Shown one piece after another: positions 1 to 8,448 of a stretch of DNA of 64,000 bases. The notes under the pieces are model-generated. The model made no database searches, was not told the origin of the DNA, and worked only from the letters and a program-made list of their open reading frames with translations. The stretch is taken from NCBI GenBank assembly GCA_032251515.1, contig JAVVDU010000003.1, positions 36,330-100,329 of the forward strand, written 5' to 3'. The position numbers were made by a program, and so were the translations under genes. Each line of letters starts with the position of its first letter. Position 1 is the stretch's first letter. Source of the DNA: Gemmatimonadota bacterium. Lineage in GTDB: Bacteria > Gemmatimonadota > Gemmatimonadetes > Palauibacterales > Palauibacteraceae.

Positions 1-96
1 GAGCCGCGGCACCTCGCCCGCTTGCCACGATCGCCGCCGGGCGGGATCTTGACCGCGCCCGCTCCCGCGCACCGCACCGCTGGTGGAGGCGCCCGC

Positions 97-1245
97 GTGA
101 CCGACACGCATCCGCCGTTCGGAAAGTTCTTCCTCCCGGGACCGACCGAGGTCCGCCCCGAAGTCCTGCAGGCCATGGTTCGCCCGGTGATCGGACACAG
201 GGGGCCGGCGATGCGGGACCTCCTGGGCGGGATGGCCACCGACCTCGGGGCGCTGTTCGGCACGTCGCGGCCCGTGTACGTCTCCACCAGCTCGGCGACG
301 GGCCTGATGGAGGCGGCGATCGTGAACCTGGCGAGCCGCGGGGTGCTGGCGCTCGTGTGCGGCGCGTTCGGCGACCGGTTCCGCAAGATCGCCGAGCGCT
401 GCGGGCGGCCGGTGGACGTCCTGCGGGTGGAGCCGGGCGAGCCGAACCTGCCCGCCGCCCTGCGCGCCAGGCTCGCGGCGGAACCGGGCCGGTTCGACCT
501 CGTGACGGTCGTGCACTCCGAGACGTCCACCGGAGTCCTGAACCCGGTCGCGGAGATCGCCGCGGCGGTGCGGGAGTTCGAGGACGTGCTGCTGGCCGTG
601 GACGGCGTCACGTCGGTTGGCGGCGTTCCGATCCGCTTCGACGCGTGGGGCGCCGACTTCCTCCTCACGGGATCGCAGAAGGCCCTCGCCCTGCCTCCCG
701 GGCTCGCCCTCGGCGTGGCGTCGGAGCGGGCGCTGGAGCGGGCCCGCCGCATGGAGGCCCGGAGCTACTACTTCGACCTGCTCGACTTCGAGCGGCGGGC
801 CCGCGAGCACCAGACGCCGAACACGCCCGCCGTCTCCCTGTTCTACGCCCTCGCGCACCAGGTGGCCCGGATCGGCGAGGAGGGACTGGATGTCCGCTTC
901 GCACGGCACAGGGACATGGCCGCACGAACGGCGGCGTGGGTGGACGGGATCTCCGCCGACCTCGCCGCGCCGTTCGGGATCCTGGCGCGGGAGGGGTACC
1001 GCTCGCCCACGGTCACCGCGGTGACCCTGCCCGACGGCGTGGCCGGGAGCGAGGTCGTCCGCGCCCTGGCCGGGCGAGGCTGGACGATCGCCACCGGCTA
1101 CGGCGACCTCCGCGACCGGTGCGTCCGGATCGGGCACATGGGAGATCACACGGCGGAGGAACTCGGAGCCCTGCTCGACGAGCTGCGGCAAGTGCTGTCC
1201 GCGGCCCTGGCGGGGCGGCCTTCTCACGAAGGGGTGGCGCGATGA
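97..1245 (+). CDS. Class-V (AGXT/serine-pyruvate type) PLP-dependent aminotransferase; possibly the phosphoserine aminotransferase partner of serA
   Basis: ORF 22..1245. FFLPGPTEV near the N-terminus and TGSQKALALPPGLA are typical of class-V aminotransferases. I prefer the GTG at 97 (GGAGG at 84-88) over the TTG at 22. The stop overlaps the serA ATG (ATGA at 1242-1245). Confidence 0.8.
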   Translation: MTDTHPPFGKFFLPGPTEVRPEVLQAMVRPVIGHRGPAMRDLLGGMATDLGALFGTSRPVYVSTSSATGLMEAAIVNLASRGVLALVCGAFGDRFRKIAERCGRPVDVLRVEPGEPNLPAALRARLAAEPGRFDLVTVVHSETSTGVLNPVAEIAAAVREFEDVLLAVDGVTSVGGVPIRFDAWGADFLLTGSQKALALPPGLALGVASERALERARRMEARSYYFDLLDFERRAREHQTPNTPAVSLFYALAHQVARIGEEGLDVRFARHRDMAARTAAWVDGISADLAAPFGILAREGYRSPTVTAVTLPDGVAGSEVVRALAGRGWTIATGYGDLRDRCVRIGHMGDHTAEELGALLDELRQVLSAALAGRPSHEGVAR

Positions 1246-2864
1246 GCGGCAGGAACGGCAAGAAGCTCGTCCTCGCGGATTCCCTCTCCGCCGAGGGCCT
1301 GCGGATCCTCGCCGATGCCCCGGGCCTCGTGGTCGAGGACCTGTCGGGCGCGCCGCGCGAGGAGCTGAAACGCGCGCTGGCGGACTCCGCCGGTCTCATC
1401 GTGCGCAGCGGAACGCGAGCCGACCGGGACCTCCTGGAGAGCGCCGCCTCGCTCGAGGTGATCGGGCGGGCCGGAGTCGGCCTCGACAACATCGATATCG
1501 ATGCGGCCACCCAGCGGGGCGTCGCCGTCCTGAACGCCCCGGCGGGCAACACCGTGTCCACCGCGGAGCTCACGATCGCCCTCCTCCTCGCGGCCGCGCG
1601 GCGCGTACCGGAGGCGGATCGTTCCGTGCGCGAGGGGAAGTGGGACCGGGCCGGCCTGCGCGGCAGGCAGCTCGCGGGGTCCACGCTGGGGGTCGTGGGT
1701 GCGGGACGGATCGGGCGCGAAGTGATCCGCCGGGCCCTCGCCTTCGGCCTGCGCGTCCTGGCGCACGATCCCTACCTCGGGTCCGACCGGGCCGCCGACC
1801 TGGGGGTGACGTTCACGGACCTCGACGCCCTGCTGGCGGAGTCCGACTTCGTCACCCTGCACCTGCCCCTGAACGACGAGACGTCGCGCCTCTTCGACGC
1901 GAAGCGCATCGCCCGGCTCAAACCCGGGGCCATCCTGGTGAACGCGGCGCGGGGCGGGCTGGTGGACGAGAAGGCGGTTGCGGCGGCGCTGCGATCCGGC
2001 CGGCTCGCCGGGGCCGCCTTCGACGTGTTCGAGACCGAGCCGCTTCCGGAGCGCCACTCCCTGCGCGACGCCCCGAACGTCGTCTTCTCGCCGCACATCG
2101 GAGCCTCCACGGCGGAGGCGCAGCGCGAGGTGGCGATCGAGATCGCCCACGCGATGCGGGACGCCCTGCTCGAGGGCGACCTGCGGAGCGCCGTGAACGT
2201 GACCCCGGTGGGCGCGGAGGAGAGACGGCGCCTCGAACCCGTACTGGACCTGGCGCGGCGCCTGGGCCTCCTCGCGGGTTCGCTCGCCGGCCCGGGCGCC
2301 CGGCGGCTCGAGGTGCGACTGGCGAGCCCCGCCGAGCGGGGTTTGCGGCTCGTGGCGGCGGCGGCGGTGATCGGCTACCTGCGCGGCACGCTCGCGGGCC
2401 CCCTGAACCTCGTGAACGCCCTGGTCGTGGCGGAGGAGCACGGCCTGGAGGTCGGGCGGTCGCGGGTACCGCCCGTCCCCGGCCATACGGCGTGGGTGGA
2501 GGTCGCGGCGACCACGCCCGGAGGCGCACGCAGCGTGGCCGGAGCGATCCGGGAGGACCGCTCCGCCTGCATCGTGCGGCTCGACGGGTTCGCGGTGAAC
2601 GTCCGGCCGCGCGGGACCCTCCTGCTCGTGCGGAATCGCGACGTGCCAGGGGTGATCGGACGGATCGGAACCCTGCTGGGGGAGGCCGGCGTCAACATCG
2701 GCGAATTCCACCAGGCGCGCGAGGTGCGAGGCGGCGAGGCGCTCGCCGTGCTGGGGCTCGACGACCCGTTGCCGGAGGGTCTCGGTGCGACGCTGCAGGC
2801 CCTGCCCGAGGTGCTGGAGGTGCGCGAGGTGCGGATCGACACGGACGCCGGCGAGGCCGGTTGA
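1242..2864 (+). CDS. serA: D-3-phosphoglycerate dehydrogenase with C-terminal ACT domain
   Basis: In-frame ATG at 1242 inside merged ORF 357..2864 (MSGRNGKKLVLADSL...). Rossmann motif GVVGAGRIGREV, 2-hydroxyacid dehydrogenase core (LLAESDFVTLHLPL, SPHIGAST) and an ACT-like tail (LLLVRNRDVPGVIGRIGTLLGEAGVNIGEF). Confidence 0.9.
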   Translation: MSGRNGKKLVLADSLSAEGLRILADAPGLVVEDLSGAPREELKRALADSAGLIVRSGTRADRDLLESAASLEVIGRAGVGLDNIDIDAATQRGVAVLNAPAGNTVSTAELTIALLLAAARRVPEADRSVREGKWDRAGLRGRQLAGSTLGVVGAGRIGREVIRRALAFGLRVLAHDPYLGSDRAADLGVTFTDLDALLAESDFVTLHLPLNDETSRLFDAKRIARLKPGAILVNAARGGLVDEKAVAAALRSGRLAGAAFDVFETEPLPERHSLRDAPNVVFSPHIGASTAEAQREVAIEIAHAMRDALLEGDLRSAVNVTPVGAEERRRLEPVLDLARRLGLLAGSLAGPGARRLEVRLASPAERGLRLVAAAAVIGYLRGTLAGPLNLVNALVVAEEHGLEVGRSRVPPVPGHTAWVEVAATTPGGARSVAGAIREDRSACIVRLDGFAVNVRPRGTLLLVRNRDVPGVIGRIGTLLGEAGVNIGEFHQAREVRGGEALAVLGLDDPLPEGLGATLQALPEVLEVREVRIDTDAGEAG

Positions 2865-2872
2865 CGGCCGGC

Positions 2873-4351
2873 TCAGTACCTGGGCTGGCTCGGATCGACC
2901 CTCTCCACCCACTCGTTCATGCCGCCGCGCAGGTTCCGGGCGCCCGCCAGCCCGCGGTCCCGCAGGAACTCCACCGCCCGCCCGCTGCGGGCCCCGCTGC
3001 GGCAGTAGACCACCGTCTCCCGTTCCGGGTCGAGCTCGCCGTACCGGACCGTGAGCTCCCCCATGGGGATGTGACGGATCCCGGCCACGCCGCGCAGGTC
3101 GCTGATCTCCCGCTCCTCGGCCTCGCGCACGTCCACGAGCTGGAGCGAGGCGCCGGCCGCGAGCCGGTCCCGCAGCTCTTCCACGCCGATCTCGAACGGG
3201 AGCTCCCCCTCCGGGCCCGTGCCGTCCGCCGCGGATGACTCCGTGTCCGGCCCTCCGTCCCCCGGGCCGCCGCAGAACGCCTCGTAGTCGATGGGGCCCG
3301 TGATCGTCGGCGCGTCGCCGCACAGCGGACAGGCCGGGTCGCGCCGGACCGCCACCTCGCGGAACGTCATTTCGGCCGCGTCGACCAGGAGCAGGCGACC
3401 GGTGAGCGGCCGACCCGCGCCCAGCAGCCACTTCAGCGCCTCGGCGGCCTGGATGGATCCCACGAGGCCGGGAAGGGGACCCAGGACGCCGGCCTCCGCG
3501 CACCCGGGCACCAGGCCGGGCGGAGGCGGCTCGCGGAACAGGCAGCGGTAGCAGGGGCCGCCCGGTGCGGCGAACAGCGACACCTGCCCCTCGAAGCGCA
3601 GGATCGCCCCGTACACGAGAGGGATTCCCAGCAGGACGCAGGCATCGTTCACCAGGTAGCGGGTCGGAAAGTTGTCGCTGCCGTCGAGGACCAGGTCCCA
3701 TCCCCGTCCGAACAGCTCCATGGCGTTCGACGCATCCAGCCGCACGGCGTGCGTCTCGATCTCCACCGAGGGGTTCAGGCGGCCCAGCCGCTCGCTCGCC
3801 ACCTCGACCTTGGCACGTCCGACCGCGGGCGTGTCGTGCAGGACCTGGCGGTGCAGGTTCGAGGCGTCGACCGCGTCGGAGTCCACGAGGCCGAGTCGCC
3901 CGACGCCCGCCGCCGCCAGGTAGAGAGCGGCCGGGGAGCCGAGTCCCCCCGCACCCACCACGAGGACCGAGGCCGAGCGGAGGCGGCGCTGGCCCGCCTC
4001 GCCCACCTCGGGCAGGATCATCTGGCGGTGATAGCGGGCCCGCTCCTCGGGAGTCAGCGCCGGGCCCGGCGCCGGACGTCCGCCGGCGATGGAGGGAACG
4101 ACCGCGATCTCCACGTCACCGCGCAGGGGGGGCACCGAGTCCGGATCCCGGGCGTCCCGGCCGTCCATGTACAGGTGCACGTACGGCCGGACGCGGCCGT
4201 CGTCGGCGAGCAGCCGGCCTGCCAGCAGCGGCGCCTCGGCCGCCAGGCGGTCCAGCGCCTCCCGCAGGCTGCCGCCCTCGACCGACACGGACGACGCTCC
4301 GCCCGCCAGCTCCCGCAGGGGTTCGGGGAGCCGGAAGGTCACGCGGGCCAA
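2873..4351 (-). CDS. Three-domain fusion: MoaD/ThiS-like ubiquitin-like domain (aa 1-91, ends ...SIAGG) + ThiF/MoeB E1-like adenylyltransferase + rhodanese (MoeZ-like)
   Basis: The N-terminus MARVTFRLPEPL...LRGDVEIAVVPSIAGG is beta-grasp sulfur-carrier-like with Gly-Gly at aa 90-91. It continues without a stop into ERARYHRQMILPEVG / VLVVGAGGLGSPAALYLAAAGVG (E1 nucleotide-binding region), Cys pairs PCYRC and CPLC, PGCAEAGVLGP, then a rhodanese active-site loop VVYCRSGARS. Confidence 0.85.
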   Translation of the reverse strand: MARVTFRLPEPLRELAGGASSVSVEGGSLREALDRLAAEAPLLAGRLLADDGRVRPYVHLYMDGRDARDPDSVPPLRGDVEIAVVPSIAGGRPAPGPALTPEERARYHRQMILPEVGEAGQRRLRSASVLVVGAGGLGSPAALYLAAAGVGRLGLVDSDAVDASNLHRQVLHDTPAVGRAKVEVASERLGRLNPSVEIETHAVRLDASNAMELFGRGWDLVLDGSDNFPTRYLVNDACVLLGIPLVYGAILRFEGQVSLFAAPGGPCYRCLFREPPPPGLVPGCAEAGVLGPLPGLVGSIQAAEALKWLLGAGRPLTGRLLLVDAAEMTFREVAVRRDPACPLCGDAPTITGPIDYEAFCGGPGDGGPDTESSAADGTGPEGELPFEIGVEELRDRLAAGASLQLVDVREAEEREISDLRGVAGIRHIPMGELTVRYGELDPERETVVYCRSGARSGRAVEFLRDRGLAGARNLRGGMNEWVERVDPSQPRY

Positions 4352-4788
4352 GGAGAGTCCTCCTGCCGCGGCGCGTCGGCCCGCACGGGCCGCCAGGCCG
4401 CCCGGGCGCCGGCCCGCCCGCCGGACACCGCGATCACGACCTGCCAGAAGCCCGGCAGCGCCAGCGCGACATCACGACGCGACGGGAGCGGCGACCGGTC
4501 GGGATGCGAGTGCCAGAATCCGAGCAGCCGGCCACCCGGCGGCACTCGCGCCGCGATCGCGAGCGGATCGAGCCGCCACGCCCGGTCCGGGTGGCCAGCG
4601 AGGTTGGGCAGCGGAATCGCGTCGTCCACCGGCGCATCGCGGCCCGCGTCCGCCCGCCCCACCAGGATGCCGCACGCCTCCGCCGGCCACGCTGCCTCGG
4701 CGTGGCGCGCCAGCCGGTCGCGCACTCCGGCCGGCAGGGGGAGGGGGCGGAGCCGCGGCCGGATCCCCGGGTCCGTCGCGTCAGGCAC
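4339..4788 (-). CDS. JAMM/MPN+ family metalloprotease (Mec+/Prok-JAB-like)
   Basis: 149 aa with EACGILVG (conserved Glu region) and the JAMM motif HSHPDRSPLPSRRD (H-x-H-x7-S-x2-D). GTG start at 4788. The 3' end overlaps the downstream Ubl-E1 fusion start by 13 nt. Confidence 0.8.
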   Translation of the reverse strand: MPDATDPGIRPRLRPLPLPAGVRDRLARHAEAAWPAEACGILVGRADAGRDAPVDDAIPLPNLAGHPDRAWRLDPLAIAARVPPGGRLLGFWHSHPDRSPLPSRRDVALALPGFWQVVIAVSGGRAGARAAWRPVRADAPRQEDSPWPA

Positions 4789-5470
4789 GGGGGCGGATCG
4801 CGGCGAGGATCGCCTCGTAGTTCTCGGCGATCGACCCGGGCCCGCGAAACACCGACGATCCCGCGACGAGCACGTCGGCGCCCGATCGCACGGCCAGGGG
4901 AGCCGTGTCCGGATCGACCCCGCCGTCCACCTGCACGTGCAGGCCGGCCAGGGCGCGCTCGGCGGCCATGGCGCGCACCCGCTCGCACTTGCGGAGGGCG
5001 GCGTGGATGAAGCTCTGGCCGCCGAACCCCGGGTTCACGGTCATCACGAGCACGAGGTCGATGAAGGGCAGCGCTTCGGTCAGCGTGTCGGCCGGCGTGG
5101 CGGGATTCAGGGCCACGCCCACCTTCGCCCCCAGCCGCCGGATCTCGTGCACGTCCCGGTGCAGGTGCCGGGACGCCTCCTGGTGGATCGTGACCATGTC
5201 GGCTCCCGCCTCCACGAAGGGGGCGAGGAACCGCTCGGGGTTGTCGATCATCAGGTGGACGTCCAGGAACGCGTCCGTCACCGCCCGCAGCGACTCCAGG
5301 ACGGGAATCCCGATGCTCAGGTTCGGCACGTAGTGCCCGTCCATCACGTCGAAGTGAAACCAGCGCGCGCCCGCCGCCTCCGCCTCGGCGACCTGGTCGG
5401 CGAGGCGGGCGAAATCGGCCGCCAGCAGGGACGGCGCCAGGATGATGTCTCCTCCCACGGTTTCCTCCAT
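4781..5470 (-). CDS. rpe: Ribulose-phosphate 3-epimerase
   Basis: ATG at 5470 inside merged ORF 4781..6529. ILAPSLLAADFARLADQV, HFDVMDGHYVPNLS, MTVNPGFGGQSFI and VDGGV are hallmark Rpe motifs. The stop overlaps the JAMM gene GTG by 8 nt. Confidence 0.9.
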   Translation of the reverse strand: MEETVGGDIILAPSLLAADFARLADQVAEAEAAGARWFHFDVMDGHYVPNLSIGIPVLESLRAVTDAFLDVHLMIDNPERFLAPFVEAGADMVTIHQEASRHLHRDVHEIRRLGAKVGVALNPATPADTLTEALPFIDLVLVMTVNPGFGGQSFIHAALRKCERVRAMAAERALAGLHVQVDGGVDPDTAPLAVRSGADVLVAGSSVFRGPGSIAENYEAILAAIRPRA

Positions 5471-5481
5471 CTCCTGCCGGT

Positions 5482-6708
5482 TCAGATCACGCCCACGTCC
5501 CGGCCCACCGCGGCCAGCGCCTCCAGCGCCCGGTCGAGATGCGCGCGGGAGTGGCCGGCCGAGACCTGGCAGCGGATGCGCGCCTGCCCCTGCGGCACGA
5601 CCGGGTAGCCGAACCCGATCACGAACACGCCCTCGTCGAGCAGGCGCGTGCTCAGCTCGATGGCCCGCGCCGTGTCGCCGATGATCACCGGGACGATCGG
5701 CGTCTCCCCCGCGATCGGCCGGTACCCGAGGTCCACCAGCCCGGCACGGAAGTACGCCGTGTTCTCCCGCAACCGCGCCACCATCTCCGGGTGCGACTCC
5801 AGGTGCGCGATGGCCGCGAGCGCCCCGCACGCGGAGTGGGGCGGAATGGCGTTCGTGAACAGCTGCGTGCGCGACCGCTGGACGAGGTATTCGACCACCT
5901 CCCGGCCGCTCGCCACGAAGCCCCCGGCCATCCCGCCCAGCGCCTTCCCGAGCGTGGAGGTGACGATGTCGATCTCGCCGTGCATCCCGAAGTGCTCGGG
6001 CGTGCCGCGCCCCGTGTCGCCGAGCACCCCCGTGGCGTGCGAGTCGTCGATCGCCAGGATCGCGTCGTATCGGTCGCAAAGTTCCCGGATCGCCGGAAGA
6101 GGCGCGATCTCCCCCTCCATCGAGAAGACCCCGTCCGTGATCACCAGCCGGTGCCGGGCGTCGCGGGACGCCTCGAGCGCCTCCCGGAGCGAGTCCATGT
6201 CCATGTGCCGGTATATCCGGCGTTGCGCCTTGCAGAGGCGGATCCCGTCGATGATCGAGGCGTGGTTCAACTCGTCGCTGATCAGCGCGTCGCTCTCGTC
6301 GAGGAGCGGCGCGAACAGGCCCTCGTTGGCGTTCCAGCAGGACGTGAAGGTGACCGAGGCTTCCGTCTCGAGGAAGTCGGCGATCCGCTCCTCCAGCTCG
6401 CGGTGGATGTCGAACGTCCCGCAGATGAAGCGCACCGACGAGGTGCCCGCCCCGTACCGGGACGCCCCGTCTCGCACCGCCTCCACGACCTCCGGCGTGT
6501 CGCACAGGCCGAGATAGTTGTTGGAGCACAGGTTCACGGTCTCGCCGTATCCCTCGAGCTCCACCACCGGGCCCTGCGGCCCCAGGATGTGCTGGAGCCG
6601 CTTCAGGACTCCCTCCTCCCGCATGTCCCGCAGCTCGCCGGCGAGCCGCCGGTTCAGGCCCTCGTTCACGGGACTCGCGGCGACGTCGCCTTCCTCGTAC
6701 AGGGTCAT
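5482..6708 (-). CDS. kbl: 2-amino-3-ketobutyrate CoA ligase (glycine C-acetyltransferase) / alpha-oxoamine synthase family
   Basis: C-terminal 408 aa of the giant ORF 5482..13803, starting MTLYEEGD at 6708. NLCSNNYLGL, DELNHASIIDG, DDSHATG and STLGKALGG (PLP-Lys) are typical of Kbl/BioF-family enzymes. Confidence 0.85.
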   Translation of the reverse strand: MTLYEEGDVAASPVNEGLNRRLAGELRDMREEGVLKRLQHILGPQGPVVELEGYGETVNLCSNNYLGLCDTPEVVEAVRDGASRYGAGTSSVRFICGTFDIHRELEERIADFLETEASVTFTSCWNANEGLFAPLLDESDALISDELNHASIIDGIRLCKAQRRIYRHMDMDSLREALEASRDARHRLVITDGVFSMEGEIAPLPAIRELCDRYDAILAIDDSHATGVLGDTGRGTPEHFGMHGEIDIVTSTLGKALGGMAGGFVASGREVVEYLVQRSRTQLFTNAIPPHSACGALAAIAHLESHPEMVARLRENTAYFRAGLVDLGYRPIAGETPIVPVIIGDTARAIELSTRLLDEGVFVIGFGYPVVPQGQARIRCQVSAGHSRAHLDRALEALAAVGRDVGVI

Positions 6709-7385
6709 TCTCCGCTCTCCGTTTCGTAGAATCCGGTTCCGTAGTAGTCGGCTGCGGTCGCCTCGAAGGGTCGTGCCTCCTCCACGCGGATCACCGGCCG
6801 CGAGCCGAAGGCGCCGCAAGTCGTGAATCCCGCCAGTTCTCCCGCGATCCAGGCCCGCCGGTCGGTTCCGGCGAGCGCCTCGATGTCCGGACCGGCGCCC
6901 CGCAGGGCGAACGGGCGCTGGTTGCCGACCCACCCCGGTCCGAACAGCAGGCAACCTCCGGCGGCGCGCAGGGTGCCCTCGCCGACCGTGCGCATCGGGC
7001 TGAACGCGCCCGAGTCGACCGCGACGATGGTTCCCAGGTCGCGTCCCTCGCGGGTGCGCACCCGCCACGTGCCCGCCGCGGCCAGCGTGAGCGCCCGGGC
7101 CTCGTAGAAGGCGACCGGGCTGTCCGCGCACATGGTGTCGTAGACGCTGCGTCTGGCCCCGAGCAGCAGCTCGCCGTCCCGCAGCTCCACGGTCACCGTG
7201 TCCAGGCGCCCGCACGCATCCGGGGAGACGGGCCCGGCGACCTCGAACGGAAACACCTGGCCCGCGAGCACGGTGTCGGGGTAGGCGGCCCACGTCACGA
7301 GTGCGGTGCTCTCGACCGGCTCGCCGATGCGCCAGCAGGCCCCGAGCATCCAGAGAAGCAGGACCGTGGCGGATATCCGCGCCAA
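6705..7385 (-). CDS. Hypothetical protein, probable lipoprotein
   Basis: High-GC3 frame in ORF 6705..7658. A TTG at 7385 gives the signal-like N-terminus LARISATVLLLWMLGAC (lipobox-like LGAC). The TGA stop overlaps the kbl ATG (ATGA at 6705-6708). I recognise no family. Confidence 0.45.
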   Translation of the reverse strand: MARISATVLLLWMLGACWRIGEPVESTALVTWAAYPDTVLAGQVFPFEVAGPVSPDACGRLDTVTVELRDGELLLGARRSVYDTMCADSPVAFYEARALTLAAAGTWRVRTREGRDLGTIVAVDSGAFSPMRTVGEGTLRAAGGCLLFGPGWVGNQRPFALRGAGPDIEALAGTDRRAWIAGELAGFTTCGAFGSRPVIRVEEARPFEATAADYYGTGFYETESGE

Positions 7386-7579
7386 GTGGGGCTCCGGGCT
7401 GATCGCGGGGCAACGGTGCGTCGGCCGGCGTTCGACCGCCGATCGGACGCCGGGACGGCGAATCCCGAATCTGTCCCTGCCCCGGCGGGGCGGCAAGCGG
7501 ATCCGGACGGAACCTCTCGGCCGACCGGGCGATACAACACGTCGGAGCCGCGAGAGACCTCGACGGAAGGAGCCCACTC

Positions 7580-8254
7580 GTGAGCGACGGGCCGCGTACG
7601 GCCGCAGGACGACACCGCAGGCGATACCGGCGCGCGCTGGCCGCCGGGCTGGCGGCATCCGTCCTGCTGCACGGCGCGGTGCTGCTCGGGTGGCGCGCCG
7701 ATCGGCTCCCGCCGGGCGCTACGACCGCCGCCGGGCCACGCTCCGGCGACGCGCTCGCCGCCGCGGGATCCGGGGCCCTGCAGGCCCTCGCGGTCTCCGT
7801 CCCGCCCCGCATCGAGATCCCGAGCCCGCCCGCTCCGTTGCCCGTGCTGGACGCCCCGGAGATCGAGTTCCGCGAGCCGGTCGAGTCGCCTTCCCTCGCT
7901 CTCGGCAAGCTCGATGGGGGCAGGTCCGCCGCCGGTCCTCCCGGCCTGGCCGGGGCCACCGGACGCGGTGACGGAGGCGCGGACGCGGCGGGGCGGCGCC
8001 GGAACACGGTCCCCGAGCCGCGCGTCATCGTACCGGACTGGGATGCGCCGCGTGCGCTCAAGGGGATGCGGGTACGGCTGCGGGTGCTCGTCGATGAGCG
8101 CGGCCGGGCCGTCGACGTCGTCCTCGACCCGCCCACGCCGGACGATGGCTTCAACCGGCGTCTCATCGACACGGCGCTGGGCATGGATTTCCGGCCGGCC
8201 CTCCGGGACGGCCGGCCCGTGCGCGACTGGGCCGTCATCACGAGGGTCTTCTGA
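7580..8254 (+). CDS. TonB-family energy-transducer-like protein
   Basis: GTG at 7580 with GGAAGGAG upstream. Basic N-terminus plus one TM segment (ALAAGLAASVLLHGAVLLGW), a Pro-rich spacer (PPRIEIPSPPAPLP) and a TonB_C-like end (VRLRVLVDERGRAVDVVLDPP...FNRRLIDTALGMDFRPALRDGRPV). Confidence 0.65.
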   Translation: MSDGPRTAAGRHRRRYRRALAAGLAASVLLHGAVLLGWRADRLPPGATTAAGPRSGDALAAAGSGALQALAVSVPPRIEIPSPPAPLPVLDAPEIEFREPVESPSLALGKLDGGRSAAGPPGLAGATGRGDGGADAAGRRRNTVPEPRVIVPDWDAPRALKGMRVRLRVLVDERGRAVDVVLDPPTPDDGFNRRLIDTALGMDFRPALRDGRPVRDWAVITRVF

Positions 8255-8292
8255 CCCCATCCGCGTCCTGATGCCGTCCCGCGGGCGGGAGA

Positions 8293-8321
8293 TTCCGACC
8301 CGGCGGGCAGGGCACTATATT
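8293..8321 (+). promoter_or_regulatory. Candidate sigma-70-type promoter upstream of the sprA-like gene (TTCCGA-17-TATATT)
   Basis: AT-rich -10-like TATATT at 8316-8321 in otherwise GC-rich DNA, with a weak -35 TTCCGA at 8293-8298 and a 17-nt spacer. If real, it argues against the TTG 8320 start in the ORF track. Confidence 0.3.
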
Positions 8322-8448
8322 GGGCCGTCATGAATTCAGCGGCCCGAGGCAGACGGCAGACTCCGGACACGCACGTGATGGGACTTCCGGCGCGGCGCAA
8401 CGCGCTTCCGGCATCCCCCCCGGTCCACTCCCCGCGTTCCGTGGCGGC

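Noticed and set aside
2864-2873. Bidirectional terminator between the convergent serA and Ubl-E1 genes.
   Set aside because: Only 8 nt (cggccggc) separate the two stop codons. That leaves no room for a hairpin outside coding sequence, so I cannot support a terminator call.
8320-8448. TTG start at 8320 for sprA, and TTG start at 59841 for the atpZ-like gene, as given by the ORF track.
   Set aside because: Third-position GC between 8320 and 8448 is clearly lower than in the downstream coding part, and 8316-8321 looks like a -10 box. The TTG at 59841 coincides with a -35-like hexamer. Downstream starts (8449 and 59898) give sensible signal or TM N-termini with Shine-Dalgarno-like sequences.
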